From Tubulanus polymorphus (taxonomy: Eukaryota; Animalia; Nemertea), in NCBI RefSeq assembly GCF_964204645.1, contig NC_134026.1, positions 2,565,950 to 2,629,949 on the forward strand: DNA of 64,000 nucleotides, written 5' to 3'. Made by a program: the position numbers and the translations under genes. The notes below the pieces were generated by a model. It saw only the letters and a program-made list of their open reading frames with translations. It was not told the origin of the DNA and did not search any database. Below, piece by piece: positions 12,586 through 26,069 of this stretch (within the stretch, counting starts at the first letter, position 1; each line of letters opens with the position of its first letter).

Positions 12586-15529
12586 CGACGGGTTCACTGC
12601 TGTTTATATAATGCAGATGACAATATAATGTTGTTATAACTATATAGACTATTATCTCTCCTATAGTTTATGTTATAACAGTATCAAGGTATATTACAGA
12701 ACCAAGCGGAAACCAGAAAATTGTGTGCAAATTTCCAAAACGTGATATATCATAACTGTCAAATCAAGCAAGTACTAAATAACCCTGACGGATCGACACA
12801 TTCAAATGTGTCTATTTTGATAATATTTGTGTAGTTGTCACAGTCATATCACCAGATAGACCATCAGTGAGACTTCAACCAGATAACGCTGCTTGTTAAG
12901 TGACAATTTGCGAATTAATTCATATTTGCCCTCAGTTATATCGTCAATAGAACAAGCGACTGATAAGCTGCAATCAGTCCAACATCGCCTGAACATCACG
13001 CACGAAGTTTTGTTCACATTCAAACTGACACTTGACCAAATATATAAGCGCAGGTGTCCGTATATATGGTTATGGCCAAACGTTTTAGTTGCCGCAATCT
13101 GTTGCGATATTCGACGTTCGTTTCTTGTATCGTTATTTTCGTGTAAGTTAATGTCGAAAGAAAAATATCAATAACATACCAAAAACGCCAACTGCAAAAG
13201 ATAGATTTTGCGGTTTCTCAAACAAATTTATATCCTGTTGGTCAAAGATATTGATACCTTTTCATTAGATTAATTCTTTTCTTTTTAGTCGCATTTTTTA
13301 TCGTTTCATCGAGTATATCTCATCAGAATATTGAAGGCTCTTGCAAAATGTAATATAATTAATTTTGTACCTCAAAGGTATGTTCAAATACTGGCTCGAA
13401 ACCGATATTCTCTATAAGTTCGAAATGAAATACACCCCAAGTATACAGTGTTCACTTTATCAGATACACAGTCGGGGAATGGTATTAGCGATCGTTTGGT
13501 AGAAACAGGTAGGAAAATATACAGACAACAGGTTCACAAATAACCGCTTAAATGATTTCACATTTCCACACAGCAACTGTATCACTCCACAAGGCCCTCC
13601 CGTGTCCATTCCTACGGGTTGACTCGACTTACGATTCAAAGTTAGTGCATTTCTATTTAGTTCGTTGGGATTCGGGAGTCGGTGTAACTACAGCTCCTGA
13701 GATTCCGGTGATCTAGAACATAATACATGCATGATTTCCCAATTTCGGAAAAATACCTCAAATTTTAAGAAGGACGAGTGCATATCTTTAATCTAGTTTT
13801 CAATATAGAAATATACTTATTTTGTAGGAAAGTTTATAGGTAATTCAGCTAAATTGTTTTGTGAAGGTCGTATGTTATGTCCACACGGATTCTTGATGAT
13901 GATGTGAACGTCTGTTTGTATATTTCGTCTGTTTATTCTAAGGCAGGAAAGTGAACGTTCGGCGACATGGCACCGGAAGTTGGTCGAATTAGTGACAGTT
14001 TGACGGGGACATGTTGCGACTAATCGTAGCATCAAATTCCATTTAGTTTTCGAGTGCGGCCTCGTGTGCCGATCATTCCATATGGCATAATTAAAGTACA
14101 CGCGGGAAACAAACTTGCCGCATTCAAGGGCTGGAAATGACATTTTCAGATATTGCACTTCAGGCGCCAATGGAAGAAGAGTGTTCGGTTTCTGAGTTTC
14201 CGTGATTTCTTCGCCTGAGCGATGATCACGATGCACCGAACTAGGCCCACTCTTAATTTCACTTATTTCCGTCCGTAAATGGTCGTATTATACCGAATGG
14301 CATGAAACACCGTCAATTTACTGAAAGAAGACACCGCGAATATTTAGTCAATTTGATTGAGCCGCTTACGTGAACACAATATGAGATGAGATGGCCGTTG
14401 TTAGAAGCGTCAGTAATGAATAAATGATCTAATTTGATTCTTAAGAAACTACAACCTTTTGAGGATTACGTTTCGTCGTAACGCCGTCTGTAAATACAAA
14501 ACTTCGGTCGGTGATATTTCATTTGGAATGCGCCCGGTTTAATATTCAATATAAACATAAAACTGTAATGATGTAATTCGTTTAACTATAATACGCATAA
14601 TCCTATACCGTTGTCTACTTCAGGTCGATTTTAATCCACTTGACTGTTTAAGACGAAGTCCGTGGACAAATCCGTTAAGCGTGGTGTGTGATGTCATAAG
14701 AAGTTGACTTACAAAGTCTTATGTACATGAGTAATGTAGAGCTCACTGCATGAAATTACTTTAAAGAAATCTTTTGTTCAAATACATGAAAACCCAATGA
14801 GATTTAAGTTTATGTGAATCGCTCTCGTAATAACTACCTCGGACATACAGCGGTTCTTCGTTTATCACAAACAGAGAATTTCATCCTAAATAGGATAATT
14901 TCAATAATAATCATACTGGATTTAACGGAACTATTGGAACTATAACGAACAGATATTCTGGTCCCCCAAAATCGCTGTAACGAGGTTCCACCGTAGTTTG
15001 AATCTTGGAAGTTTAAATATTCGTATATGAGCTCACGTTATAAAACTATAACGTATAATTCTTCTATAATAAGCGAATGTATGTTAGAAATGGAATCAAA
15101 TAAGTTCTGAACAGCTCAATATCAAATATATATATTTTGATACCTCGTGGTGTGCGCAGCTCCAATGTGATTCCACGCAAAATAAATATTGAGCAATTAA
15201 ATCGATGATATACCATATGTATATATGTAGTTTTAGTTCTCTCTTTCACTCTTGATCGGATACTCAAAGCGTTTTGGGCTAATATCACAGTCAGTTCGAG
15301 TCATAAACATGTTGAGCAAACATGACAGAAATTAGGAAAATAACTCTACGAATAATCATTCTGTCAATCACCGCCACATTTGGGCCAGTGATACAACAGT
15401 TTCCGTGTTGTTTTATCGGCGTAATAGTTGGCATTCCTTGAGGGGTCATCACTCGTGGACCGCTAAACCACGCTGCAATGCGACTATCATATTTCCCTGA
15501 AAATCACGATGTAATTAAACAAAACAAGT

Positions 15530-16176
15530 ATTTGTATATGCAGCCTCTTATTGATGTAGTGAAATTGGACATTCGGCCAAATCTAACAAATGATATGAAG
15601 CAGGACACATTGCACTGACATCCGCTATTTATTCGTCGATCAAATTTCAGATTTTCATACGCCAGATACAACAGAATATTATGACATTCCCGATACCTCG
15701 GGCAGTGATCTATAAACTTGCAAAAATCGCCTCTGTAACCAAAACTCTACTCGCATGAAACAATTCGCTGATCTTTATGGCAAATACCATGCAGATCCCG
15801 TGGAATAACTATGGAACTTGCGGAACCAGGAGTCACCACCACACAAACAACTTCCAAACACTAGCTCAGTTGTGTAGGTTAACCCATAAAGGTTCCAGTA
15901 TCAATCCTTTGAGTAGAAAACTTCTCCTTTTTAAGAACAGCCCTAGACAACATCTCTGGACCGAGTTATCTAAGAACAAAACTGTAAATGAAAAGTCACG
16001 GATAGTTGAGCACAGGTTGTCTAAAATGGCTAATCCTGGTGTGCATGGAAATTCATGAATATTTCAGAGGCTTGAATCGAACTGGTGATACACAAGATTA
16101 ATTAAACACTGGTACCCCCGTCTGCCTCTCTGAATTCAAAACTGAACAACACTGATTTCACCGAAACGTCTCGGTT
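15530..16176 (+). mobile_element. Decayed Penelope-like retroelement fragment (RT-thumb/GIY-YIG-like remnants)
   Basis: Frameshifted peptides HHTNNFQTL (compare KPTNxFQYL) and RLESNW/IHK/LNTGTP (compare the GIY-YIG C-terminal RxxExxWIxxLxTxxPxGLN), followed by CTGA...CCGAAACGTC at 16152-16170. Confidence 0.35.
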
Positions 16177-18690
16177 ACACTTAGTATTAGTACTACGGAT
16201 TATGCAAATGGAATAATACAATAAGATCTGGCGCATGATCATCAAGCCTACAGAATCTCACGATGCAAAGCAAGAAATCTGATATTTTTGCCAAATAGTT
16301 CATTGCTAGGAAACTGTTTGTATCACGGCTGTATTGTTATGATAAAAGTGGATGATATTCGATTTCAGTAAACATTGATGAAGCGTTATTGCTGCGTTCA
16401 CTGTTTGCTTATATAGAAATATCATCATCTTGATGGCTTAGATGGACACCCAATTCTAGATTGTACACACCGTCATACATGTTAAGTGTAAATTATGATG
16501 AATTAACATGAAAAGTTACCAGAAATCAGATATTCACGTGTATATAAGTATGAATATACAATGATTTAAGGAACATTAAATCATGGATTCGTTAACTCTG
16601 TCTATATGTTCATGATTGAATATGATCTTAGGATGGCGTGAATACTCGGAAATACTCGGAAATAGATTTCATTCGATGGTGCACAGAGTTTGGCGGTAAA
16701 ACTTTTAACCGGCTCCCTGAAATGTTTATAGCCTTATGGGAAACGGGCAGAAATGTTGATAGTACGATAGAATTTCCAATGAAATTCGTATTTTTAATCG
16801 TATAAGTGGAGCTTTCGTGATCCGTTGCACCACAACCATGACAACGTGTAATATTTCAAGAACACTTCGCGCAAAAGGCAATGAACTCTGTCATTATTTT
16901 GGTCCATTTTCAAGCGTATCTAAATCATTTTAATCATAGAAATTACACCACAAAACCACTTCCACCCGAAAAAAACGATATGTACTACTGTTTTAAAGGT
17001 TTCGACGATTAATGGATCGATCTTCAACCGACCATCTGAATCAACACTGGTCGAAATAGGAAACGCTACCTATTATAGTTATTGTTTCACGCGAGCAAAT
17101 GTTTCACGCCTATCAGAATCAAGGTACAAACATATTCACCATCCCCGGTTATTACCATGAAAAGAAGCAAACGTTTAGCGTCTCGATGCTAAGATCATGA
17201 CGCATCTGAAAGGTCCGATACAAAACGACATAATAGGCTTAATGCATTAATTGTAAGAACCGTTCTCTATGTAAATATGAAAGTGTGTTCGAAAGTTAAC
17301 GCATTTAAACGTGAATAAATTAAAATTTGTTTCACTCATCCCAAACTAAAATGTACGTAGGTGTGGATAAACCAGACCACCCCTATTATATGTAAAATGT
17401 TTGAGCGCATTCGAAAACATATAAATGATGTGGGGTGGTAACTATTAATAGTTCATAATCAAATATTACATTGAAGCGATGTGTACGCGTCTGGTTACTT
17501 AGAGAAGTTGGTCGGTAAGTTGAAACGTTGCTTTATTTCCTGGCGGGAATTGAATTTTATCAAACGATCGCCATCGGTTAATTACGTTTTATTTGCTGTT
17601 AAATAGATTCAGAGCGAAGCTTCGAAACTGGAGGAAAACGTTTTCGCTGTCCAATCAATGGAATGTTGACGTAACGTAGTTGTCTATGTGTCGAGCGTAA
17701 GATTAAACGCTAAATAAAGGCCACTAAATAATTTCCGCAGTACCAGATTTCACGGATGTAATTTGACAATGATATAGTGCGTTATGTGGAGACATCGATT
17801 CCTTATTTCGCCCAGAAATGTTTGACTTTTTTGCGCGTAAGAAATTGCGAGCCATTTAAATGGTAGGATTGTTAACAATTTTCCATTATATGACAATAGA
17901 AAATTTACCGAATAAAGACGCCTTAGTTTTTCATCTTAAAGAATAATGTAGAATTTCATTCGATGTGCATTAGAATTCGAGCATATAATCAACGAAAGCA
18001 TAGACCAACATATCTTGACTGAAAATCATACTAAATCAGTTTTTCAGATATTTGAAATGATCTTCTTTCACGATCAATCAAATCCGTCTTTTGATGCACG
18101 ATTTGGTCGCAGACGGATCGAGTTTATTTTCCCACGAGGTGATCTGTTTGATGAAACCATCGTCTTGTCAGGATGTGTACATCAAGCATTGTCCAGTAAA
18201 GAATTAATCCTCTCTCAACACATTTTGTCTCTAGTTGTTATATATATGCCCAGTAGTGGTAGAGATAGGTTCATTCCTGTCAAGAAAGTAAACTTTGACT
18301 GTTCTGAATGACCGTGAGATGATGTACACGAAGAGATCCTCGTGTGAAAACCTCGTGAGTCTACGGAGTATATTGACACAGTTTATAGTCTGAATCAAGT
18401 CCGAATAGTTCCCAAAATTTCCGGAACAATTAACGGTCAAATATAAGCCTTTCCTTTCTATAAAGCTGTGGGTATCCGATTGGTTTTTGACCCGCGAGAC
18501 CACCGGTCGGGGGTTATAATCATTATCATCCAGCTATTCTCGCTTGGATCCAGCTATTTTCTCTGGCTTTTCCCTTTTTATCATGGTCCATGGTGATTTC
18601 TATCTTCTATGCTCCGTTTACTGAACATCAATTAAAAAACTCTGATGATAACGAGGTGATTAGTATAAAACGTTGAGGGTAAAAGAATCA

Positions 18691-18764
18691 CGTCCCTGGG
18701 TGGGCTCGAACCACCAGCCTTTCGGTTAACAGCCGAACGCGCTAACCAATTACGCCACAGAGAC
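18691..18764 (-). tRNA. trnN: tRNA-Asn (GTT)
   Basis: Reverse complement GTCTCTGTGGCGTAATTGGTTAGCGCGTTCGGCTGTTAACCGAAAGGCTGGTGGTTCGAGCCCACCCAGGGACG folds as a cloverleaf with GTT anticodon and A/B boxes. TTTT terminator at 18681-18684. Confidence 0.97.
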
Positions 18765-20835
18765 TATGTGCCACTCGACGCTGAAATAAACTGCTATATT
18801 ACAAGTCATACAGCAAGACGCTGCCTTTACAGGTTCGAATCTTCTTAGAGAACACAAAGCCAAAGATTTGTTGGAACATTCAGAAATAGAAGACAAAGTT
18901 CACATTTCAGAAACAAAACAATGCATATTATTTCATTATTATTCTTACATCATTATTACAATACATTGACATTTACTGCTGTACATTCATTTGCAGAACT
19001 ATGAAATTAACGCGGCGCATAAATCCTTAAACTGAAGAGTTGCATCAACTTGCATGTGTAGACCTTTAAAAGTCAGACAAAATACAATTGAATTATTGTT
19101 CCACATTCATGTGATCGACCGAAAATTGCCTATAAAAGAAAATACTCCAAAACAAGTGGTGAAAGAAAGTGAATATGCAAAACAATACAAATATATGTTT
19201 ATACGTATTTAGACCGAACACTAATGATATTTTGCTGACCACCTCCAGAGAAAATAGAACATGACTATTCCAAACACACACAAAGCAAGACTCTCTAACT
19301 GGGTTCAGGCCGGACTTATTTTACAATAGGCAAATTTAAACATCCAACAAATTGAGAAAAAGAAAAGGCGAGCGAGGAAATAAGGAGTTATAGTACAATA
19401 TTTACAGAAATGAAAAAACAGCAATATATACATATTTCATCTCCTCAGTAAGAACTGCAGTTTGTCTTGACATTAAGGAATAATAGCGTAAGATTAACCA
19501 TCATGTGAGACATAGGTTTACTAAATACTGCATCAAAATGCATTTTACTTGGAAAAACATGCAATTGCTTTCGAAAAATGACATTCTGTCATTCAAGCTA
19601 GGAAGCTGATGGCTATTTAATAATTCACAAATCAGATCAAATATGGTACATTTGAAATGAAATAATGGACTAATGATTGAAGTTGAACATCCAAAAATTC
19701 ATCAACAGTACTTCGCATTGAAATTATTCTATGAAAGCCGACACTCAGTTTCAGCAGAATTTATATAAGCTCGAAGAATTATCAAGAATTCTCAAACAAC
19801 TTCAGGGAACATAAAAAATTACAAAATGACGCAAAACCGTAATAATCAGAAAACATTTATAGCCAATTTAAACTTGACTATGAATCTGCTGCCATGTCAT
19901 GCAAGTACACAGATCTATAATACAAATAATTAGTCATTTTATCAAGCACTCAATGTTCATAAAAACACTCCATATCGAAGACACATCTACATAAATCCAT
20001 TCACCACACAAAATGAGTTTTCAATTTTCAAACCAAACAATGAAAATTCGAAAGTCAATCTTACATGACTAGAAATAATGCAAATAAAGGAATCACACAT
20101 ATTTACATTTACCTTTAAGCAGGCAGTGGATTTAACGCTTATTCTATTTTCCGACAAAAAACAAAGAATTCACATCATACAACCAGCTATATGTAACAAC
20201 CGTTATACAGATGCATAAATTAACCAAATGATTTAACTGAATACAGCGAAACTGGGTCTCCTGTACAATGCTTGAAATAGCTAAATCGTAATTATAATTT
20301 TCATCATGAATAAATAACATATCGCATTGACAATGATGGCAATCAATTCACATTCAATTTTCTACAATTATTTTCTACAATGTATTTGGCTTTCTGATAA
20401 TATAATCAGTATCGATATTACATATAAAACACTCAAAGTATCGGAGCCCAGTTTCACAGTTGTGAAATGACATTACACTCAAGAATCAAAATTACATAAA
20501 TTAACAGAAGACTCTGCTAATAGCAGTACCGCATGTATGGGCAAAATGATATAGACAAACACCGGCGTAGATCGGATAGAACGATATTTCAAATTCTTTT
20601 AATCTGTAGATAGTGGGTTTTTATCTTATCACCAGTGTAGATTTTTCAGATTTTTTCACATTGACAGATGGTAGGGGCAGAAAATCTTTTAATCATTCTA
20701 CCAGTTTTAATGGACAACCGATTAGACCGGTACCACTACAGGCGCAGACTACTGTTGTTAATTTTCAGTTATTTCAGTTGAACTTGAAATCCACATGTGT
20801 GTGTATCAGTGTACGCTGGTTGTTAGTTTATTTGA

Positions 20836-23497
20836 CTAAGTAGTGATTAAGCAAGTCACGCATAGTTTTGAAGGCCCGATACAGTCGTGATGACAAAAAG
20901 CGCCGCATTTCTTACACATGACCATCGCTTTCAAACTGCAGGCACAATTACCACCCTGATTATTATCGGAAATCGAATTGTTCGACGATATCATATTCGA
21001 ATTCTGCAATGGAGCGACGGTCAAACCAGACGAGTTAATCTGAACGTTGCTGTTGAATATAGGAATCACAGATGGGTTCGATACGACGTTGTTCGTCTGT
21101 CGCAGCGTGACCGGAATCGTCATTCCGCCGATCTGAATACTCTGAGGTAACACGCCCGCCGAGGCGTTCGTTACACTCGTCGGAGTCAAAAACGTGCCGT
21201 CCTTCGACGAAACGATCGTCACGTTTTTACTCGTACCGTTTTTAATCAGCGCCGGTTTCATCGACGAATCGACCGTTTTCAGTATATTAATCTTCGGTGA
21301 ACCGCGATCGATGATTTTGATCGTCGAATTAGTTTTCACCGGTTCTTCGCGCAGTATTTTCAACAGATGCGCGCAGCTTTCTTCCAGTTTCGACGAACAG
21401 TTACCGCCGACGCTAGCCGATCGCGCGACCGACGCCGGCTTCGACGTCACGACGCTGCGAGAAGTCTTCACTAGATTCTCATCGGCGTTCGGCGGAGCGC
21501 TGGACGCGCGAGGCGGACACTTACTCGGATAAACGACCGTTTGCGTTCCGTCTTTATTTTTAACAATCGTACACGAAAGAACTCCCGACGATTTGTTCGG
21601 CTGATGCGAAACGACCGGTTTTCTCGTCGCGGTAACCGCCGGTATTTGTACGCTGATCGGTTTCAAAACCGGCTGCGAACCGGTGACGATCGACGTAAGA
21701 ATCGGTTTATTCGATTGAAGTTTCGGCGACTGTCTGTGAGCGGGTTGCGCCTGACCGATCAGCGACGGTTGTTTATTCTGTTGGATGTGAACGGGCTGTA
21801 CGGTAGTCGTGCGAGCGTTACTAGTCGTCACCGGAGCCGTAACAATGATAAGCTGCTGCGTAGACGGAATAATTCCCGTGACGATACTCGACGACGCGTT
21901 CGCCGCCGAGCTCGTAACGGCGAGCATGACCGGCGCCGTTTGAACCGTGGCCGGAGTAGAGTTCGGACGACTCGGAACGACGAATATCGGACTCGATCGT
22001 TTCGCGTCTAATTTCGGCGACTGAGACGCGGATCTCGACGATACGGAAACCGGCACGTTCGTGACGACGTTCGTCATTTGAACGATCGACGGCGACGACG
22101 CCGTTCGCACCAGAGTCGGCATAGTTTTCGTCGTTGAACTCTGAACGACTGCGACGCCTTCACTCGTTACTAGACTCGGAAGTCTCGTCAAGGTCGGTAA
22201 AACGGTCGTCGAGGCTGGTGAAACGTTATTCACCGATTTCGCCTGCGTTTCTCGAATGATGTTTTGAATTCTTTGCACCGGCATCGAAGACGTCGTCGAT
22301 ACGATGATTTTATTGACGTTCACAGTTTGCGGTGATCGAGGAGATATTTTGAACGCCGGTGTCGGAGAAGTCGGCACGCTCTGACTGATCGGTTTTATAT
22401 TGGCAGCTGCTGTAACTTTAACGGCACCCGTCACGGGAGTTTTAGCGGCTTCGGCGGCTTTAGTTTCAGCCGCGGCTAACGCGAGTATCTGACTTACTCT
22501 CGCCGATGCGGTTGTACCGGACGCCGGGGTATTCGAACTCTGAGATAGAATTGACACTAAACCCTGTTGATTGTTCGTCGTCGACAGCGACTTACTTTTC
22601 TCGAACGCCGATTGACAAATCTGTAAAGATCTCTGCAAGTTGACGCCTCCCGGTACCGATTTACTCGGTGGTGATGACGCCGACTTTGATTTCGCGGATT
22701 GATTTTGAATTATATTTGGCACTCGTCGCGCTGATGTTAACGCGTTATTCTCACAGCTAGCACGCGCTTGCAATTTCGCTTTATTTTGAGCTTTAATTTG
22801 CGCTAATGTACGTGTCTGACCTTTAGACGCGGTCTGTATCGTTTTTAAGAACGAGTTCGGCGATAGATATTTGTTAACGTTTGCAGAACCGGTCGTATTT
22901 TGAACTGATTCGGATGTGACTTTGATTACGTTAGCCGAAGGTTGAGAAGGTTGCGGTACGGCTGGCTGAACGGTCGACACGGTTTTTATAGCAGGCGTAA
23001 CGATAGTTTTAATACGTTTCGGAGCGGCGGTCTCGTTGAACAGATTCGTAGATGCAGCGGGTCTCTTCAGACTCTGGATCAAAAGTTCATTGCTCAGTTT
23101 TGGAACTTTACACGGAGATGTCTGCGCAGTTCCGGTTAGTAATGAAACAACAGTCGGCACCGCGACTGAAGATGTTAAGTTTGTACTAGAAGACACATTT
23201 GGTATATCAATTAATGAAGATTGTGATTCGTCAACTGAAGAAGTCACTGATGTGACCGATGATGATAATGATGGCGATGATGAAGATGATGTAGATACTG
23301 CAGTAACTGCGAGATTCTGTGCTATAGATCTTTGTTTCAGCATCGTCGACACCAGTTTGGCTTTACGCATCGGAGGCCTCATTTTCAGCGGGGTCGACGT
23401 CGCAATGGGTGGAGTAGTTTTCCTCGATAAAACAGGAGTGGACACAACAGCAGGAGGAGGTGACTTCACAAGCGGCAATGAAGGCTCCACGAGACAG
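20836..23497 (-). CDS. Asx: Asx large terminal exon (low-complexity S/T/P/V region and PHD finger)
   Basis: 890-aa ORF in the track. Acceptor TTTTTAAG ending at 23498. Ends in the ASXL-type PHD finger. Confidence 0.95.
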
Positions 23498-26069
23498 CTT
23501 AAAAACAAAATGGGAAACTATTCTACACTATTGAACAAAACCTTAAATCTCTAATTAAGTAATGATAATATTTCGTAAGGTTATAGAGGGGTAATTAAAT
23601 ATCTGAAAATTCATATAACATTTAAAGAAAATGTTCAGGTAAGTGAAAACAGCATCTATAGTCCATACGCTTTACAGAAAAGCAGATGTTCCATACTTTT
23701 TCACATTAATCAGTGAAAATGTAAACTATATTATCACTTACCGTTCACCCCAAACAGGTTCAAAATGTTTAACCTTCCATGGATCAATTTTTGCTTGCTC
23801 TCGTTCTTCTTCCTGATTAATTTTCAGCTGATTTTCTGGAGTAAATTCACCTACACAGAAGAAGAAAAGTTTTATACATTTACCGAAATGAATTTTACAA
23901 AATCAACAAGACAACAGTTCTCTGGTCTGCACGCAAGTTTCATCTTGATCGCCCCACTATTAGGAAGCTTAGAAAGACAGACACACACTCATACCGACAG
24001 ACAGTACGAGAATAAGGGTCTCACCTCTCACGGTCTACGAGAAACAACAGGATGTCCTGGAAAATACTATATACTTACCATCGGCAAGTCTTTCACGCCA
24101 CTCAACACAGGCTTTCGTAAAAAACTCATTATTCAACCCTGTTCCGCTAAACCTGAAATATATATATATATATATTATTGTGTTGAAAAGAGTCACAGAT
24201 CATGAACAAATGAATGATTTTCCAGTAGCAGTTGATGTGAATTACCTGAGACTTCCATCAGCACAGATTATCCGATCACATTCCGGTAACAGTTGAATTA
24301 AACGATAATGATACGCAGGAGGTAATAATCCGAATGTGTGTTTATTGAGCAAAGCCTGGAAAATCAGAACATATTCATCCTATATGAAAAACTTCTCAAA
24401 GTCAACAGGAATAATCAACAGGCTTGGAAATTGAACACCGACCTTCAAATTAGTGTTCACAAGTATCGAATCAGGAGTTTCTAAATCGATACATCCTTGT
24501 TTGGTTTGAGCAATTTGGGCTGCAGTACTCAATTTTCTGCGAGATCTTACGCGTGGCTGAATGCATGAAAAAAAGTCAGTGATCAAATAAATCATTACAG
24601 GGGCCGTTTCGTAGTAAGACAACCTCAGAAGTTCCCTTTATTCTTAATCATTACAATGTTCTTATATGAATCAAATCATTATATCAATCAATCCTAAACA
24701 ACAAAATCCTATCCTACCTTGAAACTAAATCCCGGTACATTAGATAACAATTCTTGTAAGGTCTGATTGCGTGTTTTAAATGGAGGATTTGATGGTGATG
24801 ACTTGCGTCGAAGAATAATACTGCTCGAGTTTGATGCACTGGTAGTCGATGACTTCCCATCTGAAGATCATATTTACATAAATTAGCCATATCCAAAAAA
24901 GGCAACTTCACTAAATTGAGTTATGATTTTTTGCTTCATAATTTTGTATCTTCTACATATATATTAAACTTAAAATGAATGTAAAAATGTAATATTTACC
25001 TGGAAGTTGGACTGGTTTTATCTTTATTTTCGGGACGACTTTGTTATTTCGTTTTCGTCGCTTGTGTTGCCAAATACAATGTTTCCTGTTTTTCTTGTTG
25101 ACCTTCGACTTCTGTTTCATAATCGGCACGTCCGGATTTGGATTGATGCTCAAAGAATCGACTGCGGTCGTCAGAATCGTAGCGGGAACATCTTCACTCG
25201 TCGTGATGACTTCCTCATGTTGAACAGTCTCCATGCATTCCTGTACGACGCTATCTACAGCAGTTGTCGTAGTGACCGGTATCACTTCACTCACTACTAT
25301 AATAAACAACAACACGTCAGAAAATGGTTTTATTTGTTTTCTGATACGACGTATTAGAAATTGGGGCGGCCATTTTACTTTGACTTGCTTTCCCCCTGAC
25401 TATTCCCCGAAATGCACATTTTTTCCCTGAATTAATCTGTTAAGAATTCAATATAATAATAATATAATATAATATGTGTCTTATACAGCGCTAAATCCAG
25501 CCAGGCTGCTCAGAGCGCTTTACATTCTCGGTAGTATTACCCCGGCCAATTTGATACTCTAACATGTATCGGTCATCTCTCCCTGGGGGAGAAGTAACAC
25601 CGAGCTGCTAACAAACGCTCAGGAGTCATCTATCGGGCCAGGTACCCATTTACTCCTGGGTGGAGAGAGGCAATGAGGATAAGTGTCTTGCCCGAGGACA
25701 CTACGGCAATGTACGGGGTTCGAAACCCACAACCTGGCTTCCCAGAGCCGAATGCTCTAACCACTCGGCTGCACCACTCCTAGGATCAATCGATTAACAC
25801 AGTCAAATACATAGATGGAAACAGATTGATTTGACGCTCGATTTCCGTGATTGAACTTTTAAACAAATTTCAAAAAGTAAATCATGTAAATAAAATTGTT
25901 CAATCATCAGGACTGAGTTTACTCAATCATCCTCCTCGGCAGGGATTTAAACCTGATGACCCTCACAGATTCATCCATAGAATAAAAGTAACGTAATTCA
26001 CCTACCTATTTCTTCAATTTCAATGTAAGGCTCATTGGCATTTTCAGAGTTAACCTCTTCCACTTCCAT
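20836..26069 (-). CDS. Asx: Polycomb protein Asx / ASXL (DEUBAD domain and C-terminal PHD finger), 8 coding exons, about 1190 aa
   Basis: Exons 26069-26006, 25296-25000, 24860-24718, 24556-24443, 24355-24246, 24152-24079, 23850-23742, 23497-20836, all GT-AG and in phase. Motifs: [18 protein letters not shown]; [30 protein letters not shown]...[25 protein letters not shown]...[14 protein letters not shown]; RTLAQIKA; [12 protein letters not shown]; [35 protein letters not shown]. Confidence 0.95.
25450..25780 (-). mobile_element. tRNA-derived CORE-type SINE with L2-like 3' tail, in an Asx intron
   Basis: Minus strand: tRNA-like head GGAGTGGTGCAGCCGAGTGGTTAGAGCA...GGTTTCGAACCCC, CORE-like GTGTCCTCGGGCAAGACACTTATCCTCATTGCCTCTCTCCACCCAGGAGTAAATGGGTACC, tail TGTAAAGCGCTCTGAG...AGCGCTGTATAAG and a (TAT)n-like end. 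A second copy is at 35.8 kb. Confidence 0.85.

Noticed and set aside
13817-14236. 139-aa minus ORF with AERSLSCLR resembling the hAT dimerisation motif
   Set aside because: Single short motif, with no other transposase features or TIRs seen.
20836-23497. ASXL1/2-type programmed ribosomal frameshift (TF) ORF in the last Asx exon
   Set aside because: I saw no sense-strand UCC-UUU-CGU or RG-GUC-UCU site, and the ORF track lists no alternative-frame minus ORF here. A stop-to-stop scan was not run.
20887-23554. Several + strand ORFs (20887, 21194, 21541, 22942, 23036)
   Set aside because: Antisense shadows of the large Asx exon.
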